Virus record (IMG/VR): IMGVR_UViG_3300032236_000971
Coordinates: 32,001 to 96,000 of that record
DNA: 64,000 nucleotides
From: a virus
Direction: 5' to 3' (one strand)
The notes beneath the pieces were generated by a model, which ran no database searches, was not told the DNA's origin, and worked only from the letters and a program-made list of their open reading frames with translations. A program made the translations under genes and the position numbers. How positions within the stretch are numbered: position 1 is the stretch's first letter; every line of letters starts with the position of its first letter. This document shows positions 1 through 9,069 of this stretch, in pieces.

Positions 1-2
1 GT

Positions 3-2057
3 TTCGGTCAACAAACTAGAATCACAACCAAGTATGATGGTGCTCCGTCTATTGTATTCGGCATCAATCCAGAGAACGGTAAGTTCTTCGTAGCTACTAA
101 GTCAGCATTCAATAAGAATCCAAAGCTAAACTATACCGAAAGAGACATTGAAGAGAACCACGGGCATGCACCTGGTCTTGTTGCTAAACTAAAAGAAGCA
201 TTGAAAGAGCTACCTAAAATTATGCCTAGTGGGGGTGGTGTGTTTCAAGGCGACGTTATGTACAGTAAGAGCGATCTTGTTAAAAACAAAAATGGTTCAT
301 ATAGCTTTACACCTAATACGATTACATACACAACAGATAGTCCTGAACAAACACGTAGTGCTGAAGTAGCTAACTTTGGCGTTGTTGTTCACTCACGTTA
401 CGTTGGTAAAAAGCTAGAGGATGCGAAGGTTAGCTTTGATGTTGATCAGAGTCAATTCAAGCGCAATCCTGATGTTCATATGATTAATCCAGAAATATCT
501 GGTGCTAATATTAAGCCGATCGAAAAGAAAAAGTATGAAACTGAACTTCAGCAAGCATTAGATATCTACACTGGAATGGACGATGATATTTTTAACGTTG
601 TAGACGGTCATGATGCTACAATGAAAACGTATATTAATACTTGCGTTAGAGACGGTTCAACGCCTAGCGCAAAAGGGTATCTTGCTTACGTAAAAGGTAG
701 AAACGTAAAAGATATTGAAAAGCTAAAATCACCAGAAGGTAAAGCTAAAAAGAAAACAGCTGCTGATGCTATTGAATCACATATCAAAAATCATATAGAG
801 CAGTTCGATAAATTGTTTAGAATGCATAAGTGTATTCAAAATGCTAAGAATACTCTAACAACGGCATTGTCTAACACTGTTAACACTGGACTAAAAACGA
901 CTATCGGTGGTGAACCGACTAAGCCAGAAGGTTTTGTTGCTATTCGCGGCGGTAGACCAACTAAGTTAGTTGATCGTGCTGAATTCTCTGCTGCTAACTT
1001 TGCTGGTGGTGCATTCCAAAAGGCAGCTAAAGAAGAACAAGCTGCAGCGGAAGATCTTAATCCTGTTGTCACTTCATATGGTAGAATGAACCCACCAACG
1101 TACCACGGACATGGTGCTGTTGTAGGTAAGGTATCAGAGTTAGCCAAAGAATTAAAAGCTCCTTCGGTTATCGCTCTTTCGCGTTCTGTTGATCCAGTGA
1201 AAAATCCACTTACTCCTGAACAAAAGTTAAAGCATGCTAAACGTATGTTCCCTGGCGCAGGTATTGAACTTGCTGATCAGGACGTACCAACTATCATTCA
1301 ACATTTGAAAAAGTTAAACCAAAAAGGTCATAAGCATCTTGTCCTTGTAGTTGGTTCTGATCGTGTTGAAGAAATGAAAAAGATGCTTGAGAATACAAAT
1401 GGAAGAGATTTCCTATTTAAAAAGATCGACGTTGTATCTTCTGGCGAACGTGATACAGATGCTGATGTTGATGAAGAAGATGAAAAGCCAGCTAAGAATG
1501 AAACATCAGAACAGAAGAAAGCTCGTGAAGAAAGAAAGCGTCGTGGTATGTCGGCATCAAAGATGCGCGCTCACGCTATCAGTGGGCGTTATAGCGAGTT
1601 CAAAGCGGGTATGCATCCAGAAGCAGATGAAGAACATACTAAAGAAATGTATCAAGAAGTTCGTCAGGGCATGGATATTAAGATTGGACCAGAGACACCT
1701 ATTAGAGCTTTATTGAATCACGCCAAACGTAAAGACCCAATCGGTGTTAAGGCTCGTAAAGAAGTTGCTCGACGTGAAGCTGTGAAAGAACAAGAAGCGA
1801 GAGTTAAGCAAGCTAAGAAACCTGTAAAGAAACTAGCAGCTAAACCTATTAGGGAAAATACTGTAGCATCTGTATCTGGTTTAGGTTTTAATACTGGTAA
1901 CCCAGCAGTAGATGATGAATACTTAGGTAATTATGTTGCGCAAAATACTGCTGACTCAGATCAAAAAAATAACATCCTTCACCTATGGATGAAGGGTGCT
2001 CAACTTCATAATAAACGTATTGGATTTAAAGAATTCAACCCTAAAAACAAAAAATAA
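3..2057 (+). CDS. 5'-truncated fusion protein: DUF6267-like ligase-fold nucleotidyltransferase domain plus HxGH cytidylyltransferase-like domain
   Basis: Frame is open from nt 3 (FGQQTRITTKYDGAPSIVFG...), upstream of the ORF-track start. Has KYDG, EGFV and KLVDR ligase-type motifs, then GRMNPPTYHGH, VVGSDRV and MSASKMR cytidylyltransferase-like motifs. Confidence 0.75.
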   Translation, partial: FGQQTRITTKYDGAPSIVFGINPENGKFFVATKSAFNKNPKLNYTERDIEENHGHAPGLVAKLKEALKELPKIMPSGGGVFQGDVMYSKSDLVKNKNGSYSFTPNTITYTTDSPEQTRSAEVANFGVVVHSRYVGKKLEDAKVSFDVDQSQFKRNPDVHMINPEISGANIKPIEKKKYETELQQALDIYTGMDDDIFNVVDGHDATMKTYINTCVRDGSTPSAKGYLAYVKGRNVKDIEKLKSPEGKAKKKTAADAIESHIKNHIEQFDKLFRMHKCIQNAKNTLTTALSNTVNTGLKTTIGGEPTKPEGFVAIRGGRPTKLVDRAEFSAANFAGGAFQKAAKEEQAAAEDLNPVVTSYGRMNPPTYHGHGAVVGKVSELAKELKAPSVIALSRSVDPVKNPLTPEQKLKHAKRMFPGAGIELADQDVPTIIQHLKKLNQKGHKHLVLVVGSDRVEEMKKMLENTNGRDFLFKKIDVVSSGERDTDADVDEEDEKPAKNETSEQKKAREERKRRGMSASKMRAHAISGRYSEFKAGMHPEADEEHTKEMYQEVRQGMDIKIGPETPIRALLNHAKRKDPIGVKARKEVARREAVKEQEARVKQAKKPVKKLAAKPIRENTVASVSGLGFNTGNPAVDDEYLGNYVAQNTADSDQKNNILHLWMKGAQLHNKRIGFKEFNPKNKK

Positions 2058-2064
2058 CTAAATA
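2057..2064 (+). promoter_or_regulatory. T4-type late promoter variant ACTAAATA
   Basis: Near-match to TATAAATA in the intergenic gap after the first ORF. Confidence 0.5.
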
Positions 2065-2075
2065 ACAATGTCCGC

Positions 2076-2204
2076 AGAAAGCTACGGCAATCCTGCAGTT
2101 GTTCTTGGTTAAGCCTAAGGGAAACACCAATGTTAAAAGATACAAGTCTCCACTCTAGTCCTCAGCTAGCTCTTGTAGAGCAACAAGGGGTTGCCGTAGT
2201 TCTT
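2076..2204 (+). ncRNA. Candidate structured RNA or cis-regulatory leader
   Basis: 2081-2094 pairs with 2187-2200 (14 bp with GU pairs); 2098-2105 pairs with 2177-2184; internal hairpins present. Confidence 0.45.
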
Positions 2205-2810
2205 ACCCCTAAGCAGGTCATATCATTATACAAAAAATCACAGTATTCTGAAATCCCTTTTGATACTTTAAAAGAAGTATATCAGAGGGGATATGCGGAA
2301 AGCTTATCCGAACAAGCAGCATTCAATAGAGTCAACTCATTCATCTATGGTGGTAAAGCAGCTGAGTTAGATGAAGACTTAAATGAAAAGCGTGGATTGT
2401 GGGATAATATCTGGGCAAAACGTCGTCGTATCGCCCATGGTTCTGGCGAGCATATGCGTAAGCCAGGTTCTAAAGGTGCACCGACCGCAGACGCATTAAA
2501 AAAATCGCAATCTGAAGAATATACAGGCGCTGAAAAAGTATCAAAGAATCCAAACGATGCATCAAATCGTTTTGTTGGAACAGATTCACTAACTGATACA
2601 TACAAGAAAATGACGCCAGGTTATACAAATACAGTAAAACGAGTTGTTAAAGAAATGACAGTTCGTGGGGTTACTGGTAAACTTGTTCCAATTAAAAAAG
2701 AAGTTTCACGTGGAGTTAATATGAAACTCCATAAAACATATCCAGGCAAAAGCTCCAGCTCCGGTGGAGGAGGTGGTGGCGGTGGTTCAGGAGGAGGCGC
2801 TGGTGATTAA
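2130..2810 (+). CDS. Hypothetical protein, DUF5824-like N-terminal part, probable internal head protein
   Basis: LKEVYQRG...AFNRVNSF and GLWDNIWAKRRRIAHGSGEHMRKPGSKGAPT modules; Gly-rich tail; start uncertain. Confidence 0.6.
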   Translation: MLKDTSLHSSPQLALVEQQGVAVVLTPKQVISLYKKSQYSEIPFDTLKEVYQRGYAESLSEQAAFNRVNSFIYGGKAAELDEDLNEKRGLWDNIWAKRRRIAHGSGEHMRKPGSKGAPTADALKKSQSEEYTGAEKVSKNPNDASNRFVGTDSLTDTYKKMTPGYTNTVKRVVKEMTVRGVTGKLVPIKKEVSRGVNMKLHKTYPGKSSSSGGGGGGGGSGGGAGD

Positions 2811-3099
2811 GTTTAGAGATTTTATTGTCGAAGATTGGTCGGCTGCGAAGTATAAGAATCCAAATGGTGGGTTGACTCAAGCTGGTGTTAATGCATATCG
2901 CCGTGAACATCCAGGTAGTAAGTTAAAAACTGCCGTTACAACTAAGCCATCAAAACTTAAAAAAGGTTCAAAGGCAGCTAATCGCCGTAAGTCATTCTGC
3001 GCTCGTATGAGTGGTATGAAAAAGCGTTTGACATCAGCTAAAACAGCTCATGATCCAGATTCACGTATTAATAAGTCACTACGTAAGTGGCATTGCTGA
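2803..3099 (+). CDS. DUF6321-like basic protein
   Basis: GTG start after GGAGGAGG; KNPNGGLT...RRKSFCARM...SLRKWHC motif. Confidence 0.7.
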   Translation: MIKFRDFIVEDWSAAKYKNPNGGLTQAGVNAYRREHPGSKLKTAVTTKPSKLKKGSKAANRRKSFCARMSGMKKRLTSAKTAHDPDSRINKSLRKWHC

Positions 3100-3100
3100 A

Positions 3101-3108
3101 TATAAATA
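3101..3108 (+). promoter_or_regulatory. T4-type late promoter TATAAATA
   Basis: Exact consensus, intergenic. Confidence 0.75.
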
Positions 3109-3148
3109 TATCATCATTAACTATGATAAACACTGAAGGAGAAATATA

Positions 3149-3550
3149 ATGGAAGGTATTATTGGATTAGCCCTGTTGGCTTTGGTTGGATACGCAATTA
3201 TTAAGATGACAAGAAAAACACAAGCTGAACCGGAAGTGGTTCCTGAACCAGTTGTTGCTAAGGTTGAAGAAATTAAGCCTGCGCCAGTTGCTTCATTAGA
3301 ACCAGTTGTTAGTGTAGCTAGAGAAGAAGTCAAGGCTAATATCGACGCTAAGATTGAAGAAGCTTTTTTTAAGTCAATTCAAGAAGAAATTAAAAAGGTT
3401 GAAGTTATAGCTGAACCAGTTGTTGAAGAAGTTAAGGTGGCTACAAAAAAGGTTCGCGCTAAGGCAAAGGCTATTGAAGCTGCAGTTGAAGAAAAAGTTG
3501 AACAGTTAGAAGTAGCAGTAAAGAAAACAAGAGCAAAGAAAGCAAAGTAA
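3149..3550 (+). CDS. Hypothetical membrane-anchored Glu/Val/Lys-rich protein
   Basis: AAGGAG RBS; N-terminal transmembrane helix. Confidence 0.7.
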   Translation: MEGIIGLALLALVGYAIIKMTRKTQAEPEVVPEPVVAKVEEIKPAPVASLEPVVSVAREEVKANIDAKIEEAFFKSIQEEIKKVEVIAEPVVEEVKVATKKVRAKAKAIEAAVEEKVEQLEVAVKKTRAKKAK

Positions 3551-3988
3551 ATGGATGAACTAATCGAACAAATGAAGGTGTCTCTTGCTAGCACCTTTGC
3601 TTTTTACTTAAAGGCTCATGGATTTCATTGGAACGTAGAAGGCGCAAACTTTCCACAGTATCATGAATTCCTCGGTGATCTTTGGGAAGAGACATTTGGC
3701 GCAGTTGACCCATTGGCGGAACACCTTCGCACTTTGAATTCATATGCACCAGCTTCATTTGCTCGATACGCAGATTTGTCTATCGTTAAGGATGAATTGA
3801 ATATTCCTCCTGCTATGTCTATGATGGTTAAGTTGACAGCAGATAATCAAGCTGTTATCGACCAGTTAACTAAAACACAGGCGCTAGCTGAATCAAACAA
3901 GAAAATGGGTTTAGCTAATTTCCTACAAGACCGCATCGACGCCCATGAGAAACATGGCTGGATGCTTCGTTCAATCACAAAGGCATAA
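3551..3988 (+). CDS. dps: Dps family ferritin-like DNA-protection protein
   Basis: HGFHWNVEG..F..YH, D..AE and HEKHGWML Dps motifs; 145 aa. Confidence 0.92.
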   Translation: MDELIEQMKVSLASTFAFYLKAHGFHWNVEGANFPQYHEFLGDLWEETFGAVDPLAEHLRTLNSYAPASFARYADLSIVKDELNIPPAMSMMVKLTADNQAVIDQLTKTQALAESNKKMGLANFLQDRIDAHEKHGWMLRSITKA

Positions 3989-3992
3989 AGAA

Positions 3993-5126
3993 ATGGAATA
4001 CCGTAGCTTAGAACATAAAATTAGAGATCTTTGGATTGCTGAAGCGAATCGCAATACTGAAATTCGCCGTAAGGTTAAGAACGTTGGTCGTCCAAAAGAT
4101 AACGTCAAGGATGAAACTTCTAAGCTAGGTAAGCAGGGCGAGATCAAGACTAAGATTATCGATGAAGCTGCTGATGGTGACGTTGGTAACAAAGAGTCAG
4201 ATAAGAAAGCTAAAAAAGATGCTGAAATGGATGACATGGAAGCAAAGACTATCAAGGGCGGTAAAACAGAAGTAGATATTAACCCTAAGACAGATGATAG
4301 CACAGAGAATTCAACTGACGAAGATAAGAAGTCAAAGAAAGCTGCTAACAAAGAAAACAAACAAATTGGCGCCAAAGGTGTAAAGGAAGAAACAATGAAT
4401 AGTAAGCTAACTCTTGGCTCACCTGAGAGCCTAATCAATTCAATCGCAGAAGCAATGAAGTCTATGAAGGGTATTTGCCCTAAGTGTAAAAAAGCTAAGT
4501 GCATTTGTGAAGGCTGGAAGGAAGAAACAGAGCTTGAAGAAAAGCTTGTTGGTAAGCAGCATAAGATCGATGCTAATCATAACGGTAAGATAGACGCGCA
4601 GGACTTCAAGATTCTTAAGGGTAAAAAGAAGATGGAAGAAGAAGTCGAACAGATCGACGAACTTGATCGTGAAGGTATGGTAAAAAGATATGCTGATAAG
4701 GCTAGAAGGAAAGTAGAAACCGGCGAAGAATCACCTGAGAAGAGAGCTGCTGGTAGACTTATGGCTGGTAAAAAGCGTTGGGGCGGCACTGGCGGTATTC
4801 CAGCTGCTAAGGTTCCTGCTGTACAGAGAGAAGAAGTTGAACTGTCAGCAGACGAACTATCTCGCATCGAAGAAATTGCAAACAACCTTGATGAAGTAGT
4901 AACAGCACGTAAGCTTACTGCAGCTGATAAAGCTGCAAGAGCAAAGTATCTTGAAGGTCATAAGGCTAAAGTAGCTTCTTATGCTCCGCACGAAGTTAAA
5001 GCTTCAGCAAAGTCATTCAAAGATCGCAATACTGAAGTTGGTGATTATTCAAAAGAACCAAGCACGATGCATAAAACTGGTTTGATAAACACTTTATCAA
5101 AGCAAGATACTAAAGTTACAAAATGA
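3993..5126 (+). CDS. Highly charged hypothetical protein with EF-hand-like motif, probable internal head protein
   Basis: HKIDANHNGKIDAQDF motif; several L/I-x-E sites. Confidence 0.65.
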   Translation: MEYRSLEHKIRDLWIAEANRNTEIRRKVKNVGRPKDNVKDETSKLGKQGEIKTKIIDEAADGDVGNKESDKKAKKDAEMDDMEAKTIKGGKTEVDINPKTDDSTENSTDEDKKSKKAANKENKQIGAKGVKEETMNSKLTLGSPESLINSIAEAMKSMKGICPKCKKAKCICEGWKEETELEEKLVGKQHKIDANHNGKIDAQDFKILKGKKKMEEEVEQIDELDREGMVKRYADKARRKVETGEESPEKRAAGRLMAGKKRWGGTGGIPAAKVPAVQREEVELSADELSRIEEIANNLDEVVTARKLTAADKAARAKYLEGHKAKVASYAPHEVKASAKSFKDRNTEVGDYSKEPSTMHKTGLINTLSKQDTKVTK

Positions 5127-5791
5127 AAAATTTCCGTAATTGGCTAGAAGAAAAAAAGAAAAGTAGTAGACAGCCAATGCCTACTACACCTACTTCTGCG
5201 CCATTACGTGGACAGAATCAAGATTATTCTGGTTGTAATTGTAAAAACAATGTAGCTGATTATACTATTTCAGATGAGACTGTTCCTGATAGTTGGGAAC
5301 AAAATACTCCAGCGAAGCGTATTAAAACAGTTAAAGATTTAATTAAGCTTAACACTCGTCATGGTGCTGTTCATATGCCTCATTCTGCTATTAAAGAAGA
5401 AGAGATTAATGAACTATCACCGGAGCTTGTAGGTAAAGTTAATAAAGCTCGTACAGTTGGTGGTAAGCCAAGCAAGACAGATGTAGCTAAAAGAACGTTA
5501 CAGAAAGCTGTAAACAAAGCTTGGGTTAAAACTAAAGTTGGTGTAGTAAAAGAAATGATTGCTGGTGTTGGTGCTAATCGTATTAAACCAGTTAATATGG
5601 GTCAAACTACAGGTGGCCAGAAAAAAGAACCTAATGCGCCTTCAAATGTAAATAGATTACAAGCAGCTGCTAATTCTAGAGTTTCTGCTTTAGATCAGGC
5701 TGCTCAAAAGCAAAAAGAATTACAACAGAAAAACAAAGAAGACGAAATTAAAAGGCGTCAGGCAGCTGCTAAGAAAAATCAGAGTGAGTAA
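5123..5791 (+). CDS. Hypothetical protein, probable internal head protein
   Basis: N-terminus MKNFRNWLEE resembles the T4 capsid-targeting sequence; ATGA overlap. Confidence 0.6.
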   Translation: MKNFRNWLEEKKKSSRQPMPTTPTSAPLRGQNQDYSGCNCKNNVADYTISDETVPDSWEQNTPAKRIKTVKDLIKLNTRHGAVHMPHSAIKEEEINELSPELVGKVNKARTVGGKPSKTDVAKRTLQKAVNKAWVKTKVGVVKEMIAGVGANRIKPVNMGQTTGGQKKEPNAPSNVNRLQAAANSRVSALDQAAQKQKELQQKNKEDEIKRRQAAAKKNQSE

Positions 5792-5982
5792 TGACTGAAG
5801 AAGAAAAACTAGCTGCAGCAATTAGACCTATAATTAAAAATACCGGTAATCCACAACCGGAGCCAGAAATAGTTCCTATACCGTCAAAGCCAAAGGTTGT
5901 AGTTGTAAACCAAGACATTTTACCTAAACATAAAATCGTCCGTCGTTCGCAATATATGCGCGATATGTTGACTGTTGAATAA
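5791..5982 (+). CDS. Hypothetical protein
   Basis: TAATG-coupled ORF. Confidence 0.55.
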   Translation: MTEEEKLAAAIRPIIKNTGNPQPEPEIVPIPSKPKVVVVNQDILPKHKIVRRSQYMRDMLTVE

Positions 5983-6023
5983 TAATAAATAAGAAAAAAG
6001 ACTTTCCTAGGAGGATTAAACTA

Positions 6024-6728
6024 ATGGCACAATGGGGTAGAAACGACAAGTCTGTTACTGTTACAACCAGTACGACTAAAGAGACATCAAACGGCGCACC
6101 AATGGGAACTTATACGCTCGTTAAGGGCGGTGGCGGAGCTAATGCTCACTTAGGTAACACATCTGGTACTCGCGCATTTACAGACCTTCGTATGTTTGGA
6201 AATACAACTCAGAGCGCATTTATTCCTGGTAAAGCAGTTGGTGTATTCGGTGTTGATCCAGTTGAAATGGAAGTGCTTGTTGCTGATGCTGCTAATAAGC
6301 CAGCTCATGCTGGTTGGGTTCTTCGTAACGTAGGTAGTGGCGGTATTGTTAATGCAAGTTATACAGGAACTGCAACTGGTTATAATAATACAGACGTTGT
6401 AACTGTAAGCTCTATTTTTGGTACTAATGCAACTATTCATTTTACAACAAATGCTACTGGCGGCGCTCTTAAATTAACAATCACTGAACAAGGTTCTGGT
6501 TTTGTAACTGTCGATAATCCAGGTACAATAACTATCGCAAATTCTACTGGCGGTTCTACATCTGGTTCTGGTGCAACTTTCCATGCAAAAGCTGGTGGAC
6601 GTGCAGGACGTATTCAGTATGAAACACTTGTAGCAATGGGTTCACTTGGTCAAACAGATGGTAAGTATGGTACACCTGCTACAACACCAGACGCTTCAGA
6701 CGACGCAATTCTTCCAGATTCAGTTTAA
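6024..6728 (+). CDS. Virion structural protein (T4-like, beta-rich)
   Basis: AGGAGG RBS; MAQWG...VFGVD...HAGWV...GR..YETLVAM pattern; AATAAATA upstream. Confidence 0.7.
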   Translation: MAQWGRNDKSVTVTTSTTKETSNGAPMGTYTLVKGGGGANAHLGNTSGTRAFTDLRMFGNTTQSAFIPGKAVGVFGVDPVEMEVLVADAANKPAHAGWVLRNVGSGGIVNASYTGTATGYNNTDVVTVSSIFGTNATIHFTTNATGGALKLTITEQGSGFVTVDNPGTITIANSTGGSTSGSGATFHAKAGGRAGRIQYETLVAMGSLGQTDGKYGTPATTPDASDDAILPDSV

Positions 6729-6746
6729 AAATTAGGAGCTATTTAA

Positions 6747-7715
6747 ATGACAACCTCAAATAAAACATTTAGAGTATTCGTAGACAAGCTTGGCGGAACA
6801 CATGCCGATTCATATAAGGCTGATGCTGGTGAACTTTTCTATGATCCAGAATCAACTACCCTTCGTATTGGTGATGGCAACGCTGGCGGTATGGTTATCA
6901 GCCAACCAACGTACGTTAACGAAGTAGCAATTGGCGCTTACGCTGGTCAAACTGATCAAGCAGGTTACGCTATCGCTATTGGTAAATACGCCGGGCAGCA
7001 AAATCAAAATGAATATGCTGTTGCTATTGGCTATAACGCTCAAAATCAGGGTCGTACAGGCGGCGGTCAGGGTTCTGAAACAATTGCTATCGGCATTGAA
7101 GCTGGTTACGAACAGCAGAAGTATCACGCTATTGCTATCGGCGCTCAGGCTGGTTACAATACTCAGGGTTGGGATTCTATTGCTATCGGTAGAGCAGCTG
7201 GTTATTATAACCAGGGTTATAACTCAGTGGCTATCGGTCACCAGGCTGGCGACGAATACCAGGGCAATCAAGCAGTTTCTCTTGGCTATCAGGCTGGTTA
7301 TGTAGGTCAAGGAAATCAGGGTGTTGCTGTTGGTGCAGAAGCTGGTGCTTATTTGCAAAATTATCAAGCTGTAGCTATTGGATATCAGGCTGGTAATGAT
7401 ACTCAAGGTGCACATACTGTCGCAGTTGGTAAGCAAGCTGGATACACTCTTCAAAGCGAATATGGCGTTGCTATCGGTTATTACGCAGGTCATACAAACC
7501 AGGGCGTTGACTCTATCGCAATTGGTAGATATGCTGGTCAAACTAACCAACATGACCGCACAATCGTTATTGGCGCTGGTGGCGGAGAAATTAATACTGT
7601 TCAGGCAGATTCATTCTACGTAAATCCAGTTCGTAGCGTGTCAGAAATTACTGGTGATATGAGAACACTTCATTATAACGTTGTCACCAAAGAAATCGTA
7701 TACTACAACCCATAA
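6747..7715 (+). CDS. Tail fibre or adhesin with YadA-head-like 14-aa repeats
   Basis: About 16 repeats of Q-x3-A/S-I/V-A-I-G-x2-A-G; N-terminal GELFYD..LRIGDG motif. Confidence 0.75.
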   Translation: MTTSNKTFRVFVDKLGGTHADSYKADAGELFYDPESTTLRIGDGNAGGMVISQPTYVNEVAIGAYAGQTDQAGYAIAIGKYAGQQNQNEYAVAIGYNAQNQGRTGGGQGSETIAIGIEAGYEQQKYHAIAIGAQAGYNTQGWDSIAIGRAAGYYNQGYNSVAIGHQAGDEYQGNQAVSLGYQAGYVGQGNQGVAVGAEAGAYLQNYQAVAIGYQAGNDTQGAHTVAVGKQAGYTLQSEYGVAIGYYAGHTNQGVDSIAIGRYAGQTNQHDRTIVIGAGGGEINTVQADSFYVNPVRSVSEITGDMRTLHYNVVTKEIVYYNP

Positions 7716-7732
7716 GATTGTAAGGAAGTAAA

Positions 7733-7933
7733 ATGCCACATTTTAATATCACTGCTACTTCAGAAAAAGCAAATACTACTGTAACTAACACTGATCCAAA
7801 GAGATTTAAATCTCCAGCTGAATTTGAAACTCAGGCTGATGCCGACAAAGAAGCAAAGAAGTATGCTTCTTCTCTAAACAAGGGCGATCACGTTGAAGTA
7901 TGGGACTGGGTAGGTAAGGCTACTCCGGTTTAA
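7733..7933 (+). CDS. Hypothetical protein
   Basis: AAGGA RBS; fits between neighbours. Confidence 0.6.
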   Translation: MPHFNITATSEKANTTVTNTDPKRFKSPAEFETQADADKEAKKYASSLNKGDHVEVWDWVGKATPV

Positions 7934-7934
7934 T

Positions 7935-9059
7935 ATGTCAAACGACGCAAAAAGGATATCACAATTAGTACAAGCTACCTCCCTAGTCGCAACAGACAGG
8001 GTGGTAGTTCTGTCGAATATTGTTGAATCCGTAAACGTTAATACAATTACACTTCCTAATTTTGGCGCTTCTTTGGCTAATAATATGCCTATCGCCAATA
8101 CAACTCAGCTTGGTGTAATTAAAATTGGTGCTGGACTAGCTGTTGCCGCTAATGGAACGGTTACAGCACCACTTCCTGTTGCTAATGATACTGCACTTGG
8201 CGTTGTACAAATTGGAAGTGGGATAAATTTTAACGAAGATGGCGTTATCAGTGTCCCTGGTATTTCTAATACTGATGGGTCTATCGGTAGACTATATATG
8301 TCTAATGCTGATGGCGTTGGTAGTTGGAAAGCGTTCAGCGGTGTTCATCATTTAACAACAGTAAAGAATTCTGGTGCATCAATTTATCCAGTTGCTGCTA
8401 ATGATTCTGTTATATTTGTTAACCCAACAGCCGTTGGGGCAGACGTTAAAGTTATCCTTCCAATAACAGACGGTATTCTTGGTCAAGAAATCACAGTTAA
8501 AAATATCGACTCAGCAGCAACACCGACTCATAAAGTTACTGTTGTAACGGATCGCGAAACGTTTTCTTATCTACAAAACCCAATCGATGGTGTTTTCAAG
8601 CCAAGTTATATATTACCTAAAAACGAATCACAAACTTGGATTTTTGATTCAGATAGTTTATACAGTCATGTTGGAACAAATGCTCAGGGTTTAAAAACCA
8701 CTAGTGTTGATGTAAATTCTTCAACTATTGCTAATAGTATTAATTATCAGGTAGAAGCTACTCTATTATCATTAGAAACAAAAGTTCAAAAACTAGGTAC
8801 GGGTGGTGTAAATCAGCCCCATCATTATTATCTTCCTAATGGAAAAGATGGACAGTTAATGTATATAACTACAAAAACAGGCGATATGTCAGAAGATAAT
8901 ATTTTGATTTGGATGGATAATTTGCGTTTACCTTCCGGTGTAGTCATTGCTAATAGTTATTGGACATTTAATAGCGGTGGATGGGGGCGTTCGTTAGCTT
9001 CAACAATGTTTATTGACGGCGCTTGGAATATTGATGGTGGAAGCTGGGGTCCAGTATAA
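7935..9059 (+). CDS. Tail-fibre-like structural protein
   Basis: KRISQL N-terminus and two A..T.LGV..IG.G repeats typical of fibre proteins. Confidence 0.65.
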   Translation: MSNDAKRISQLVQATSLVATDRVVVLSNIVESVNVNTITLPNFGASLANNMPIANTTQLGVIKIGAGLAVAANGTVTAPLPVANDTALGVVQIGSGINFNEDGVISVPGISNTDGSIGRLYMSNADGVGSWKAFSGVHHLTTVKNSGASIYPVAANDSVIFVNPTAVGADVKVILPITDGILGQEITVKNIDSAATPTHKVTVVTDRETFSYLQNPIDGVFKPSYILPKNESQTWIFDSDSLYSHVGTNAQGLKTTSVDVNSSTIANSINYQVEATLLSLETKVQKLGTGGVNQPHHYYLPNGKDGQLMYITTKTGDMSEDNILIWMDNLRLPSGVVIANSYWTFNSGGWGRSLASTMFIDGAWNIDGGSWGPV

Positions 9060-9069
9060 AGTAAAATAA

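Noticed and set aside
2070-2200. c-di-GMP-I (GEMM) riboswitch, suggested by GCAGAAAGCTACGG, GGCAATCC and GGGGTTGCCG fragments
   Set aside because: The elements are in the wrong order and the GNRA-capped P2 is missing; kept only as an unclassified structured RNA.
2068-2204. Gene-60-style ribosomal bypass from the uORF into the downstream gene
   Set aside because: No matching in-frame GGT landing codon near the end of the stem, and ATG 2130 has a usable SD.
6747-7715. Diversity-generating retroelement target in the repeat fibre
   Set aside because: No reverse transcriptase and no template/variable repeat pair seen; the repeats are protein-level.
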